From a virus: 64,000 bases of DNA. Location: IMG/VR virus record IMGVR_UViG_3300029258_005404. One strand, given 5' to 3'. This document shows, in pieces, positions 26,935 to 38,600 of the stretch. The notes under the pieces are model-generated. The model had not been told where the DNA came from. It saw nothing but the letters and a program-made list of their open reading frames with translations, and searched no databases. The position numbers and the translations under genes were made by a program. How positions within the stretch are numbered: position 1 is the first letter of the stretch; every line of letters starts with the position of its first letter.

Positions 26935-29900
26935 TTACCATGTGTACTCTCCAGTTACATATTGTGGAATCGGATGACCCTTCTCAGGATCTATAGTAGT
27001 TTTCCATCCCTGGGTTGTTCCCTCTTCAAGAACCTTTTTTATCCGGTTGTGAGCAAGGCGCGCAATCCAATCCTCAGAAGCCTGGGCTTTTGCACTTATT
27101 CCTGCTGGAGTTAAAAACGGTTCATGCTTTATTCTATTCTTAAAAACTTTAATTCTCTTATTTCCCTGTTTTGCTAAATCATTCATTATCATACGGCTTA
27201 TCTTCTGATGTTTTTTATGGCGACCATAATCCTGGGCGAGATGGTCTCCCTCTGAATTTTCAACGTCTTCTTCCTTTTCGTTATTTTTATTATAATATTC
27301 AACAGATGATAACTGTGCAACATCGTGAGGAGTATAAGTACTTGAGCCAGGATCTATTATACGTGTTGTATTTGTAATTCCACGAACGATAGTTTCTATA
27401 TCGCGTTTATCAAGTTTCCCTTCATTTACATCACTTATCTGTTCTACAAGGAACCTTTGTGTATCTTTCATACCTTTGTATTTAAGTATATCATGGGCGC
27501 TTGGTGTTCCAGTTGATAATTTATCGCCACTTCGAACTTTATCTCCTTTTCTTACAAGAAGATTGTTGTTTGGATCAATATATCTGGTTTCCTCTTTTAT
27601 TCCATTTGAAAGAACAATATCCCACCCACCAATTGGTGATTTGGTAGCAGATTTTATTTTACCATCCATGCTGGCAAGTGTTGCTTTATCTGGAATATTT
27701 TTTGTAAAACGTAGAGTTCTATCGAGAACATCAAATTTTGTTCCAGTTGTTATTTTACCCGCCTCAAGAGCGCCGCCTGTATGAAACGCTTTCATAGCAA
27801 GATCTAGGGAAGGTTCTGTGAGTGTATGGGCTGATATTACTCCGATATTATCTCCTACATTATGACGTTTTCCTTCATAATCAGTCCCATATGACCAGCT
27901 GGAAAACCCATCACCAGGGCTCGGATCGGTAAGTGGTGATTGAATAAATATCTTTTTTATTTTATGCTGATTAAGTTTATTAATAGTATCACTGGTAATA
28001 AGCTCATTGCGTTTTGCAATAATTTTTCCACCAGTATCTTTTGCGTCTTGAGCAAGATAGCGATTCATTACTGCTTTTTTATCATCAATATTATATTCAA
28101 GACCTTCATTATCAACGGGATCATCACTATATATCCTTGTATCGTAAATAGAATTCATTAAATCTTTAGTCAACCATCCTGGTTTAAACGATGAAACTGA
28201 TTTTTTAATATTTCCACCACGAGCACCATGAGCAGCAGCCCAATAATCAAATGTTCCAAGACCTTCTGAGTAAGACCTTTCAATTGGAATTGGAATAGGT
28301 TTATCATTTGCATCAGTAACTATCCCAGGCATAAAAGTAATAGCAGCAGTATTTCCTATGTCTCTTCCAGCCCCAGACGCTATACTAATCCCAAGCATTG
28401 TTTTGTCACCAAGTTTCTTTTCAATTATTTTTTGCCCTTTTTCTTTTGCTTGAGCATACGCTTTAATTACACTATTTTCTCTACCAGGAATAATTTTTGA
28501 TTTCGCTTCGTTAAGAAGTGGTTTCCTAATCGAATCATCAACGAGTGTGTCAGACACGCCGAGTGTAAATCCATATTGTGTCACATAATCGTTACCAACC
28601 TCCTTAATTTTATCAGCAAGACCAAGAGCAACTTTACCATTATGTTTTTTGGTAATATTATTTATCCAACCCTCTACATTTTTAGAATTGAGCTCTATGT
28701 TCCAATCCTGCATGTCATCAGGTACAACAGAATTTATTTCATGCATTCCAAATGGGGCCTTCTTACCGCCAATATCAACAAAGTCAGCATAGGTAAATTT
28801 ATTATTTTTAAATGCGAATCTTGCCTCATCAAGGTCTTGAAATTTCATACCGGTATCTTTTCCACCCTTGCCTTTTGACACTAACCAGCTACCTGCAACC
28901 ATATCCATCTGAGGAACATTTAATACCGAATCATAACCGGTTTTCAGCATACTTGCAGATGGCTTCATACCCTCAGCTTCTCTGAGCGCTTTTGGTCCAA
29001 CAGGGGTATGTATTTGAAAAGTGTCGCCATCAAAATCACCTCCGAAATTTTTACTGACAACAACAGCTGGAACCTCTATTGACCGACCGTCAGTGAGCTT
29101 TGGTTTAAAAGCAGTCATATTCCATCTATGAAGAGTTGGAGCTCTATTCGCTATAATCAGTCTTTCATCTGAAACAACTTGTCTTGCTCGTTTAAATATT
29201 GGTGACTCATCTTTAATATGTTTTTGAGCCTCGAGTGGTTTGTAACCCCAGCTTACCAATTTTTGCATAATGAATGGTTGAAATATCTTACTGGCCATAT
29301 CTTTTGGAATGCCAAGTTCATCTCCACCAAGTTGAGGATTAAGTATAATGGTTGATCGACCAACGAGATCTTGTCTACGTTCAAGAACTTTATCCTGAAA
29401 AAATCCTTCTTTTGTCTGTTTTGTTTTTCCACCATCAATTTGAGTAATGAAGCCTTTTTTATTTTTTACACGATGGAGATAAGATGTAGGCTCTGACAAT
29501 CCAGCAACTGCCTTTACATCATTATATAAAGCCCCTCTGATTTCAGCAAGATTAAGATTTTCAATATCAGCATTGCCTATTTCTTTAGTTTGTTTTTTAA
29601 GATCGTTTAGTGCGTTGTTGGTTCGTGATGTTTGCTGGTATAAATCATTTATATCTGAAAGAATAACAGTATTGTCTGTACCCATAGTTACAACAGGTCG
29701 ATACTTTGACGGTGTAACAAGAACATTTGAAATCATGTAATCAGTCGGTTTCATATTATTTTCTTTAAGTGATTTCAAATACCTTATTTTACGATGAGTC
29801 TTATTAAGTTCAGATGGATTTGTTATACGTTTTGCTATTTCCTGAGTGTTTGATAATTCTTTATCAACATTAATCCTTCCAAGCAAAAGCTCTACAGCCG

Positions 29901-32900
29901 GGCCTCCTGATATTGAACCCTGTGAACCAGGCTTTACAATTTCTCCTGTTGTTTTATTTACAAATTTTTTACCCACAATTATATCGTTCATCTGGCTAAC
30001 AGGAATTCCTATTAGGGCTGCGGCAGCAGGAGCTGTTACAGGATTAAGAACCTTCTCTGAAAGTTTGAAATGAGTATAATGGTCACCAAATAATCCACCA
30101 GCTTTAACAGGATCGAATAACCCTTCTTTCATTGGAGCAAGGTCTTTTTTACGATAAGTAAGATCGGGCCGCTTTATTTCTCCACGAGAACGATCAACTA
30201 TCTCTGTATCAGTCATAGGTTTTAAAGTAAATGTTTTACCTTTTTGCTCAACATCAATACCAGCCCCAGCCATCATTGCGAGCATTTTATCCCATACAAA
30301 TGCTTTTTTAGGTGGAGGTAGACTCTGACCGGTTTCCATCGCTTTCCAATACTCATCATTTCTCTGGCCTTTAATTTCAAACATCTCCCTTAGATTCTCA
30401 TTGGCACCACGGGCAAGCATTGCCGCCATCTCCATCCTGCCGAGATTCTTTCCTCCGGTTTTGCCGCCAGACACAGGCTGCTCATTCGCATCATAGCCGT
30501 CTTTATAACGAGCTGAAAATTTATGATCAACAACGTGCTCGAGTTTTAATATATTGGAAACGCCATTAGCAACAGGGTTGATAAACGGCTTTCCTGTCTC
30601 GGGATCGATAAGTATATCTTTATCAGATAGTCCTGCTTTTTTAAGATCTGCCATTATTTTTTTGGAATTATCTTTACCAGAGAAGTTCTGTATTACATAT
30701 TGCTCACCGGTTTTTGCTGCTATTTTTCCAGCTGCATTTTCAAGAAGCTGAGATGTATTTATTCTATTGGAAACGCCAATCGGATTCATGGTAAGTTCAA
30801 TGTGCTCACCAGTCTCAGGATTATATGGCATTTCACTATCAGGAACTATCTTCGAAATAATATGTTTATTGCCATGAAGCCCTGATATCTTGTCAGCAAC
30901 CTTGAGTTGTTCATCAGTCTTTACACTTACAACAACGCTATTTCCTGACTTCTCAACATTCGTAACAGTGCCAACAATATCTTTATTCCATTTAAGAGCA
31001 TTATTCGACATGTCTCTTTTTAATTGTTTATCAAGGCGCCCGAGAGCTATGTCATCAGCTGTTGGAGGTTTATGCTCCATATGTGCAATAAGGACATCAT
31101 CACGTTCTACCTTTTGCCCGACTTTTATAACACCATCCTTATCAAGCTTTTTCGATTGGTTTGCATTAAGTTCTTCTGGGTAATACGCTTTAAATTTATC
31201 CCTTGAGAAAACTCCTTTCGCAGAGCGTTTTGTTTTAAAATCATACATATGCTCAGAAGTTAATTTTTTAGCGCCACTTTCCGACATTATTGCCGAATCT
31301 TCGTAATTGTACCCTTTATATGGGAGGTATGCAGTTCTGAGATTAGCCCCTATCGCAACTTGACCATCTTTAGTAAAATTATTATCAGCAAGGAGATTTC
31401 CGCGTTTGACACTATCTCCTTCTTTTACAACCGGCTCATTGTGAAGAAAACTTTCTGAATTCATTGAAAAATTGTTATAAAGTTGTATGCGATGCTTCTC
31501 ACCGTTTTTATCAGTTACTGTGATATTATCAGATGTAACTTTTGTAACGGTGCCGTCGACTGGAGATTTTGGTAATGCCATAGACCCGGCAAGTATTTCA
31601 CTGATACTATTACCTTTTTCATCAACTACTTTAAATAATGGTTTATCACGATTTTTTAGAGGCAGCGCCTGCTCCTGCATTTTTGACGCTGTGAGCCCTC
31701 TATTTCCCTGAATAGAATTAAGAAACGGTATTGAATTTGCAGACGTATCAAACATTCCTACAGGACTTGATATAATAGTATCAACTTTTGATGCTGCAAT
31801 TTCAGCCAATTTACCTCTATTGATAACCTTGACTTTTCTCTTTTTTGGTTTCGGCCTATCTTTTGTCAAATCATATTCATCGGGGAATGCCACATTTTTA
31901 TCCCACGTATCAGTTGGTTTCAACAATAACTTTTCACCATTTGGAGTAATATGCTTTGCGTATATATCCGTTCCGGCTTTAATGGCATCCATAGTACTAT
32001 GAACAGCAACTCCGATACCTGGCCCCTCCGGAGTATGAAGAGGATCAAAGTAACCTGCTTCACTATTGGATATTTGCCTTGTTTCATTGGTAATAGCATT
32101 TGATGTTCCTATACCACCTTCACCCATAATGGTATATTTATTACTTTCACCAATAATTGACATAATATTTGTTTGATTTGGAGGGTTTGAGAGCTGACTG
32201 TTTGTGAGTACTCCGACAACGAATGGGTCAAATACCTGTGAACTTATTGATTTATTTATGGTATGATTTTTCTTTAGCTTGTGTTTGATATTATTAGTAA
32301 TCTTGCCACTATTTTTAACAAGCTTCTCTCTAATATGATCTTCAACATCAAAAAATGATTTAAAAACAAGAGATTCGCGGTCATCACCATCAAGTTTACC
32401 TGAGTGGATATCAATTATTTTTTTTGAAGCATCGAGAAGAACGTCTTTATTGACATTTTTATACGCTTTGCCGAGAGTTATCTTTGTTGTTTCGGGGTCA
32501 AGTCCAGTTTCAAAAAGTCTGTCATTTATTTCTTTTTTGATAGTTTCTGGTCTCGAGCCTACTGCAGGAGCCCTGCCGAATATTGCCTCATATAATTTAT
32601 TCTGATCTCTGGTCTCATGCTTATCATATGCTTTTGCATTGGCTTCATAAACTTGCTCGCCCCATCTTTCAACCAGTTCATTTCTGGTAACACCAACAGC
32701 TTTAAGCGCATTAATTAGAGGAACATTCTTGCTACCATACCCCATAGTGAAAGTCTTTTTTTCAGGGGAAAAATTTATTTTGAAATTATTATTAAAACCC
32801 CTATCGAAGTCAATTGTTTTATCAACATTGAAAAATGAACTGATTTCTCCATTTGCTTGTTTTTTGGTATATACGCCAGGCTTTAATCTCGACTGTTTAG

Positions 32901-33282
32901 TAAACTGGTATTCATTACCTTTTATCAAATACGTTCCACGATCAGTTATTTTAGGAATGGTAGTAACTTTAATACTTGGAACATGATCTATTATTTTTCC
33001 GGTTTCTTTATCAATTACAGACAAATCAGCGCGTAAATCGTTAGCCCATATCTTTCCTTTGTTTCTTACTGATTTCTGAGAAGATATGTCTTTATTATTA
33101 TATTTTTCATCAACCCATACCTTATTAACCTGTAATTTAAAATCGTTATCTTCTACGGATTGTAGTATTTTTTTTACTGTATCAGACACGGTCACGTTCA
33201 TGAGCGTGTTGTTTCTCGCATCAGCTTCCATCTCTGATAATTTACGAAGAACGTTCTGTTCTTTTGTCGGCATCGACAGCAA
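26935..33282 (-). CDS. rpoBC: Single-chain fused beta/beta-prime DNA-directed RNA polymerase
   Basis: Beta motifs GNRGLTASKMQEQALPL, DKISGLHGNKHII, MNPIGVSNRIN, GGKNLGRME. Beta-prime motifs GRSTI, NRAPTLHR, catalytic GGDFDGD, GARGG...GWLTKDL, EPSLDLAMKAFHTGG. Confidence 0.95.
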   Translation of the reverse strand: MLSMPTKEQNVLRKLSEMEADARNNTLMNVTVSDTVKKILQSVEDNDFKLQVNKVWVDEKYNNKDISSQKSVRNKGKIWANDLRADLSVIDKETGKIIDHVPSIKVTTIPKITDRGTYLIKGNEYQFTKQSRLKPGVYTKKQANGEISSFFNVDKTIDFDRGFNNNFKINFSPEKKTFTMGYGSKNVPLINALKAVGVTRNELVERWGEQVYEANAKAYDKHETRDQNKLYEAIFGRAPAVGSRPETIKKEINDRLFETGLDPETTKITLGKAYKNVNKDVLLDASKKIIDIHSGKLDGDDRESLVFKSFFDVEDHIREKLVKNSGKITNNIKHKLKKNHTINKSISSQVFDPFVVGVLTNSQLSNPPNQTNIMSIIGESNKYTIMGEGGIGTSNAITNETRQISNSEAGYFDPLHTPEGPGIGVAVHSTMDAIKAGTDIYAKHITPNGEKLLLKPTDTWDKNVAFPDEYDLTKDRPKPKKRKVKVINRGKLAEIAASKVDTIISSPVGMFDTSANSIPFLNSIQGNRGLTASKMQEQALPLKNRDKPLFKVVDEKGNSISEILAGSMALPKSPVDGTVTKVTSDNITVTDKNGEKHRIQLYNNFSMNSESFLHNEPVVKEGDSVKRGNLLADNNFTKDGQVAIGANLRTAYLPYKGYNYEDSAIMSESGAKKLTSEHMYDFKTKRSAKGVFSRDKFKAYYPEELNANQSKKLDKDGVIKVGQKVERDDVLIAHMEHKPPTADDIALGRLDKQLKRDMSNNALKWNKDIVGTVTNVEKSGNSVVVSVKTDEQLKVADKISGLHGNKHIISKIVPDSEMPYNPETGEHIELTMNPIGVSNRINTSQLLENAAGKIAAKTGEQYVIQNFSGKDNSKKIMADLKKAGLSDKDILIDPETGKPFINPVANGVSNILKLEHVVDHKFSARYKDGYDANEQPVSGGKTGGKNLGRMEMAAMLARGANENLREMFEIKGQRNDEYWKAMETGQSLPPPKKAFVWDKMLAMMAGAGIDVEQKGKTFTLKPMTDTEIVDRSRGEIKRPDLTYRKKDLAPMKEGLFDPVKAGGLFGDHYTHFKLSEKVLNPVTAPAAAALIGIPVSQMNDIIVGKKFVNKTTGEIVKPGSQGSISGGPAVELLLGRINVDKELSNTQEIAKRITNPSELNKTHRKIRYLKSLKENNMKPTDYMISNVLVTPSKYRPVVTMGTDNTVILSDINDLYQQTSRTNNALNDLKKQTKEIGNADIENLNLAEIRGALYNDVKAVAGLSEPTSYLHRVKNKKGFITQIDGGKTKQTKEGFFQDKVLERRQDLVGRSTIILNPQLGGDELGIPKDMASKIFQPFIMQKLVSWGYKPLEAQKHIKDESPIFKRARQVVSDERLIIANRAPTLHRWNMTAFKPKLTDGRSIEVPAVVVSKNFGGDFDGDTFQIHTPVGPKALREAEGMKPSASMLKTGYDSVLNVPQMDMVAGSWLVSKGKGGKDTGMKFQDLDEARFAFKNNKFTYADFVDIGGKKAPFGMHEINSVVPDDMQDWNIELNSKNVEGWINNITKKHNGKVALGLADKIKEVGNDYVTQYGFTLGVSDTLVDDSIRKPLLNEAKSKIIPGRENSVIKAYAQAKEKGQKIIEKKLGDKTMLGISIASGAGRDIGNTAAITFMPGIVTDANDKPIPIPIERSYSEGLGTFDYWAAAHGARGGNIKKSVSSFKPGWLTKDLMNSIYDTRIYSDDPVDNEGLEYNIDDKKAVMNRYLAQDAKDTGGKIIAKRNELITSDTINKLNQHKIKKIFIQSPLTDPSPGDGFSSWSYGTDYEGKRHNVGDNIGVISAHTLTEPSLDLAMKAFHTGGALEAGKITTGTKFDVLDRTLRFTKNIPDKATLASMDGKIKSATKSPIGGWDIVLSNGIKEETRYIDPNNNLLVRKGDKVRSGDKLSTGTPSAHDILKYKGMKDTQRFLVEQISDVNEGKLDKRDIETIVRGITNTTRIIDPGSSTYTPHDVAQLSSVEYYNKNNEKEEDVENSEGDHLAQDYGRHKKHQKISRMIMNDLAKQGNKRIKVFKNRIKHEPFLTPAGISAKAQASEDWIARLAHNRIKKVLEEGTTQGWKTTIDPEKGHPIPQYVTGEYTW

Positions 33283-33374
33283 CCTTGGTTATAAAAACGA
33301 AAACGAGGTTATATAGATAATATAACATTAATGTATGATTACGGCAAATGCCTATGTGATTATCAAAAAAAATC

Positions 33375-33390
33375 TGATATAACAATTATA
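33375..33390 (+). promoter_or_regulatory. Putative promoter, TG-N-WATAAC-WATW motif
   Basis: TGATATAACAATTATA upstream of the plus-strand block starting at 33450. Confidence 0.45.
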
Positions 33391-33449
33391 GAAGATATTA
33401 TTTCCCAAAAAGTATCCACTAACCTTTTCGTGTAAGGAGATAAGAGTAT

Positions 33450-34043
33450 ATGAAATGTTTCACCTTCGTCCATGGCGCAATTCATGAGGGTATTCAAATT
33501 AATACCCAAGGCGGCTTGCATGTATTTCTTGGAGAGTTGGGAAGCGGCTCCGGAGATAGATGTAAAGCTTGCAGATTAGAAGTAAGCAAGGACGATCCTC
33601 CCCAAATTGAAGACAATGTCTTATTAAATGCGTTTGCGGGTATTTCACACCGCAGCGAAAGATATGCACTCATGCATACCGATCAACTAAGCAGCTCTGT
33701 TTTGCTAAGGATAAACACGTCCTGCCCCGAACCCGCTAGACACGTTAAAGGTAAGTGGTTTCAGGTATTTGGGAAATTGAATATAGTGGAATTCGGCAAA
33801 GGACCGGCATATATCGATTCAGTAATTGTACTGAAAAGTGGATGCTCAGTCATAATTACTGAAGAAGGTGGGAATAAGTTTCTTGTAACTAATTACAAGG
33901 GTTCGATGGTCTGTTCTGAAGTTAAACAACAAGTGTGGTTTGAAGACAGACGTAAAAAAAAGAGAAAAGTTCAAGACGACCGCACCCCCGAAGCGGTTGG
34001 TAGTGAGAATATAGATGAGGCGGTTTTAGCCGACCAGGAATAG
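33450..34043 (+). CDS. Hypothetical protein
   Basis: 197 aa with AAGGAG SD. Confidence 0.6.
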   Translation: MKCFTFVHGAIHEGIQINTQGGLHVFLGELGSGSGDRCKACRLEVSKDDPPQIEDNVLLNAFAGISHRSERYALMHTDQLSSSVLLRINTSCPEPARHVKGKWFQVFGKLNIVEFGKGPAYIDSVIVLKSGCSVIITEEGGNKFLVTNYKGSMVCSEVKQQVWFEDRRKKKRKVQDDRTPEAVGSENIDEAVLADQE

Positions 34044-34106
34044 AAAGGGGGAACATATGTTATCACTATACTTTCTTCGTATAAGATGGTAACTTAATAT
34101 TTTTTT

Positions 34107-34135
34107 AGGGGAGGACGATTCCTCCCCTTTTTTTT
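34107..34135 (+). terminator. Intrinsic terminator
   Basis: AGGGGAGGA/TCCTCCCCT stem followed by a T-run. Confidence 0.7.
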
Positions 34136-34140
34136 ATCTA

Positions 34141-34503
34141 ATGGAGGATATAATGAGTAATGATTTATTAAAATATGCTGAAAAAATGGCAAATCCTGCT
34201 ATTGTCGTTCAATCAGTTTTCAATCTTACTAAAGAAGAGTGGGCCTCTATTTATAAAACAATCGGCATTGTTACAAAAAAAATATCAGAAAAGATAATGC
34301 CTGTAAGCACAACTTTTATCGATTTGCTTGATAATAAAGGAAAGTGTCCTGGAAATTATGGTAAAGAGCATGAATTGGCTCCATCTTCTAAACTTGATAC
34401 AAGTATTAAACCTGAATGCTATATGTGTGTTCATTGTCTTGAAAAATTTAAAATGGCAACCAGTACAGATAAAACATTTTTCCCGGAGGAGAAAAAAAAT
34501 TGA
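34141..34503 (+). CDS. Hypothetical protein with Cys cluster
   Basis: CPG...CYMCVHC; true start is probably the second Met. Confidence 0.55.
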   Translation: MEDIMSNDLLKYAEKMANPAIVVQSVFNLTKEEWASIYKTIGIVTKKISEKIMPVSTTFIDLLDNKGKCPGNYGKEHELAPSSKLDTSIKPECYMCVHCLEKFKMATSTDKTFFPEEKKN

Positions 34504-35036
34504 GCTCATACATTATTGATATTGAAGCAGACGGCCCAATACCTGGTGATTATAGTATGATTGAATTAGGGGCTATTAAGCTAACAGAAGAACTTAATGA
34601 GACCTTTTATATTGATATTAAACCTATGTCAGAAAAATTTTCTATTGAACATCTTGATTCTATTGGGCGCACAAGAGATGAGACTTTTAATTTCAATTAT
34701 CAGCCCCACCAAGCTATGTTGATGTTCAGAAAATGGATTGAGGAAACTAATACGAGGAACACCAGGCCAATATTCTTTTCTGATAATAATGGATTCGATT
34801 ACATGTTCGTACACTGGTATTTTATTCATTTCATTGGAGAGGATCCATTTGGTCATAGCTCAAGGAATCTTCAGGATATATTTAAGGGGATGAATTTCGA
34901 TATGAAAAATCGAGGATTTAAAAAAATGAGAGAAACAAAACATACTCACAATCCAGTTGATGATGCTAAAGGAAATGCTGAAGCGTTGCTTAAAATGATA
35001 AAAATATGGAATTTAAAAGGTATAAAAACAATATAA
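34500..35036 (+). CDS. DEDDh 3'-5' exonuclease (DnaQ-like)
   Basis: IDIEADG, DNNGFD, HNPVDDA. Confidence 0.85.
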   Translation: MSSYIIDIEADGPIPGDYSMIELGAIKLTEELNETFYIDIKPMSEKFSIEHLDSIGRTRDETFNFNYQPHQAMLMFRKWIEETNTRNTRPIFFSDNNGFDYMFVHWYFIHFIGEDPFGHSSRNLQDIFKGMNFDMKNRGFKKMRETKHTHNPVDDAKGNAEALLKMIKIWNLKGIKTI

Positions 35037-35242
35037 TACAATATATTGTGCCCCAATATTTTGTATATAACATGCATAATATATACAATTTATAGTAATA
35101 AAAGCGCTTAAATTTATTATAAAATTAAAATTTATATTATCCATTTGTAAATTATGCCACAATATTTATTTGTTGACTTTCATTTACCCACGCTTTAATT
35201 TGTTTAATACATCTAATTCCAATTCTAAAAAAGGGTGGCTTT

Positions 35243-35533
35243 ATGAGTAATTTACCAGGTAATGAAGTCTATTCTCATACAATGTCAAACGGTGTTGTGT
35301 TTGATATTAGAGAGATACCCGGTTTTGGCGATAGAGCAGAAATCGGGTTTTTTATTAAAGATAAGTGTATCGGCACATTTGTGGTCGATAGAAAAAGAAG
35401 TGGCAATATTGATGTTAAGCCAACTATGATGCATCAACAAAAAATTGGTAATAATAATGATAAAGAGGATATCATTGATGGAAGTATTCAAGCTCCAAGC
35501 TTGAGTGACATTGCAGATTCAGAAGATGAATAA
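35243..35533 (+). CDS. Hypothetical protein
   Basis: 96 aa with AAGGGTGG SD-like site; followed by a terminator. Confidence 0.55.
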   Translation: MSNLPGNEVYSHTMSNGVVFDIREIPGFGDRAEIGFFIKDKCIGTFVVDRKRSGNIDVKPTMMHQQKIGNNNDKEDIIDGSIQAPSLSDIADSEDE

Positions 35534-35535
35534 AT

Positions 35536-35580
35536 AAAAAAAAAGAAGCTCTTATCTTATCCGATAAGGGCTTCTTTTTT
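35536..35580 (+). terminator. Bidirectional-looking intrinsic terminator
   Basis: AAAGAAGCTCTTATC/GATAAGGGCTTCTTT flanked by A- and T-runs. Confidence 0.7.
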
Positions 35581-35624
35581 ATTTAGAAACTTTTCCCCCT
35601 GCGCGAAGGAGGTTCCCTTGTATT

Positions 35625-38600
35625 ATGTCTTCTAAATATAAATTAAGCAAAGGACAATTGAAAACTTTATTTGCATCAGCAGACATGCTGATGGAGGGTC
35701 AGTACCGCGAACTCTACAAGCGTCTCGGATGGCGCGAAGGCGGTAACAAAAATTTCCACTGCTGGAATACTTCAGGACACTCAGAAGGTGTCGATTCCCA
35801 CGCCTCCCTGTCAATAAATGAACAAACCGGTCAATGGCACTGTCACACTTGTGATATTAAGGGTAACTTTCAGTCGTACTGGCGTGATTACATTAAAGGT
35901 ACTGCTCCATACGGTGACCACTACCATGATTTCATTATAGACTTCCTCGGCATGACTGAGGGCCAATATACCGTCCCGTTCGCTGAGAGTTTTGATGATC
36001 CTAAGTGCGCTGAATATTATGAAGATTTATTAAAGCTTCATGCTAAGCTCGATGAAATCAGAAAAAAGAAGGGTGAGGGCAATTATGTCCTGAAAGATGA
36101 GTTGGTAGCCCTGGCAAACGAGGAATCATCTCTCCCGATGAAGCTATTGGACGTATGTGTAGAAAGATTACTCAATAACCCGCAGAAAATGAAATACCTA
36201 CTCGAAGAGCGTAAAATTAATGAAGATATGATACGGGCATTACGCCTCGGCCTTGATGATAGAGGAAGAGTAGTTTTTCCACAGATCAACGCCGAGGGTG
36301 AGCTGCTCAACATGAAACTGTATGACCCATGGTGCAGTGATAAGCGCTTTAAATGGCAATACAGCCACAAGGGCCGTGAAACATGTCCGACTCCCATGGT
36401 GAATTTCACCAACAACTCATTGCTCATGATGGCCGGGGAACCTGATATGCTTTGCGCTATCGGTTTTGGTTTTGAGAACGCTGTCACAATGGGTGCAGAA
36501 CGCAATACCGATGTGGTTAAGGTATTTGGCCGGGAAAGGGCGAAGCAGCTGTTCTCCGGGAAGGAAATAACGATCTGCCTGGATGCTGATGATACCGGGA
36601 AAGCGGCTGCTCAGAAACTGGCGCATTCTCTGTATCCGTTTGCGAAGCAGATAAAGATAATCAATCTTGATCAGTCGAATATAAATCCGTTCGGACTCGA
36701 TCCTGATAAAATGATTGAAGTTACCACTAAGAATGGGAAGAAGAAAATGAAGCGGGTTGAAACCGACTTCACTGATTTTATGAAGAAGAATGGGTTCGAA
36801 AACGATGCCAAAGAAAGATTTATTGAATTAATAAAAAATACCGAAGCGTATACAGAAAATATTGACCGTATTGAAAAGAAATTATACAAAGTAACTCTTC
36901 AAGAAAGTCGTATGTCAAAATATTATTCTTCTGATGAATCAAAAGAGCTTGAAGTTATTGCTGCTGTTGGGGAATTTAATGATAGCGCTTATCAGTATTC
37001 TGATCATTTTTGTTTAAGTTGCCCCCAAACAGGAGATCCAAGTAAAAAGCTGTATGCATCATGTAAAAAATGTTCAGTACCATCAATACCTGAATTTCGT
37101 GATAAGGAATATGTTGATTTCTTTTTAATAAGAGGAGAAATACCAAAAGAATATTCAGGATACCCTTCATGTATAAGTGTAAACGCTCACGAAATATTAG
37201 ACCTTATTGAATGTGCAGAAAGTAAAAAAAATAAAAATCTTAAATTGATATGCGGTATAAGCCCAACATGTCAGCAATTTAAAGTAAGACCGGTGACTAC
37301 TAAAAAAATACTCAGAGCAAGGCTCGCTAGAGACGTTTCTGAATATGGCGATAGTAGTGTTGATGGTTCTGCAGAAAGCACTTCAATAGAAATGGATGCA
37401 TATATTCTTGGTGATATGGATATATATCCTAATAAATCATATAAATTTACCGGCGTTCAAACAGTATCGCCTCAAACACAGCATCGAGTATTATACATAC
37501 ATAAAGCTGAGCCAATAACTACATCAATTGATAATTTTGTCATGGATCAAGAAATTCATGATATGCTTAAAATATTTAGACCAAAAGGTGGTGAATCTGT
37601 AGATAGTGCGCTTGACAGACGTTATGAGGTATTTGCTCATGCAGCAGGTGTTACCGGTAGAAGAGAAATGTTTCTTTTAAACGACCTTGCATTCTTTTCA
37701 TCAGCAGAAATAGATAATAAAAGATTATTTCCTAATTTAAAAAGAGGATGGGTTGAAGTCCTCATAGGTGGTGACACCAGATGTTGTAAAACATTGATTA
37801 GTAAATTTCTAATGAATTATTATAAATATGGTGAAATGGTTTCTGGATCAAGTGCAATAACAAGAGCAGGTCTTATGGGAGGGACAATTTACGTTGGTAA
37901 AAATCCTAAAGTATCTTGGGGAAAAATACCAATGAATGATGGTCGCTGTTTAATATTTGATGAACTCAGTATGATTAAACAAGAAATATTGAGTGATTTA
38001 ACCGATTGTAGATCGTCAGGTATTATTGATGTCACGACAATAAGCGGTTCTAAAAAAGCTCCCGCAAGAGTAGCAAAAATAATGTTATCAAATGCGCGAT
38101 CTTGGACTGGCGATAAGGCGCCTTCGTTTGGTAGTGGCATGAGTTTTCTTAAAAATCTCTGTTTTAAAGATGAAATATTATCTCGATTTGATATAGCGTG
38201 GATAGTAAAGGCAGGTGACATTAATTATGAAAAGCTTGATGATAATTATAGGCAGCCAACTACTGAATTTACTTCTTTTCAATGCAGATATTTATTGATG
38301 TGGGGAAAATCAAGAAAACCAGATCAATATATATATGAAGAAGGAATAGAAACATTTATAAATGAAAGTCAGAAAAAATTACTTGCAATGTTTCATACAA
38401 GTACGCAGCTTATAAATCAAGAGATAAGATTAAAAATAGCCCGAATGGCAAAATCAATTGCAGTAATGTGTTATTCAACTGTTAAAAATGATTGGGAAAA
38501 AGTATATGTTAAAAAAGAACATGTCGATTTTATTGTAAGACTGTTAATACGATTATATTGCCATAGAAATATGGGTTTTGATATATACTCACAACAACAA

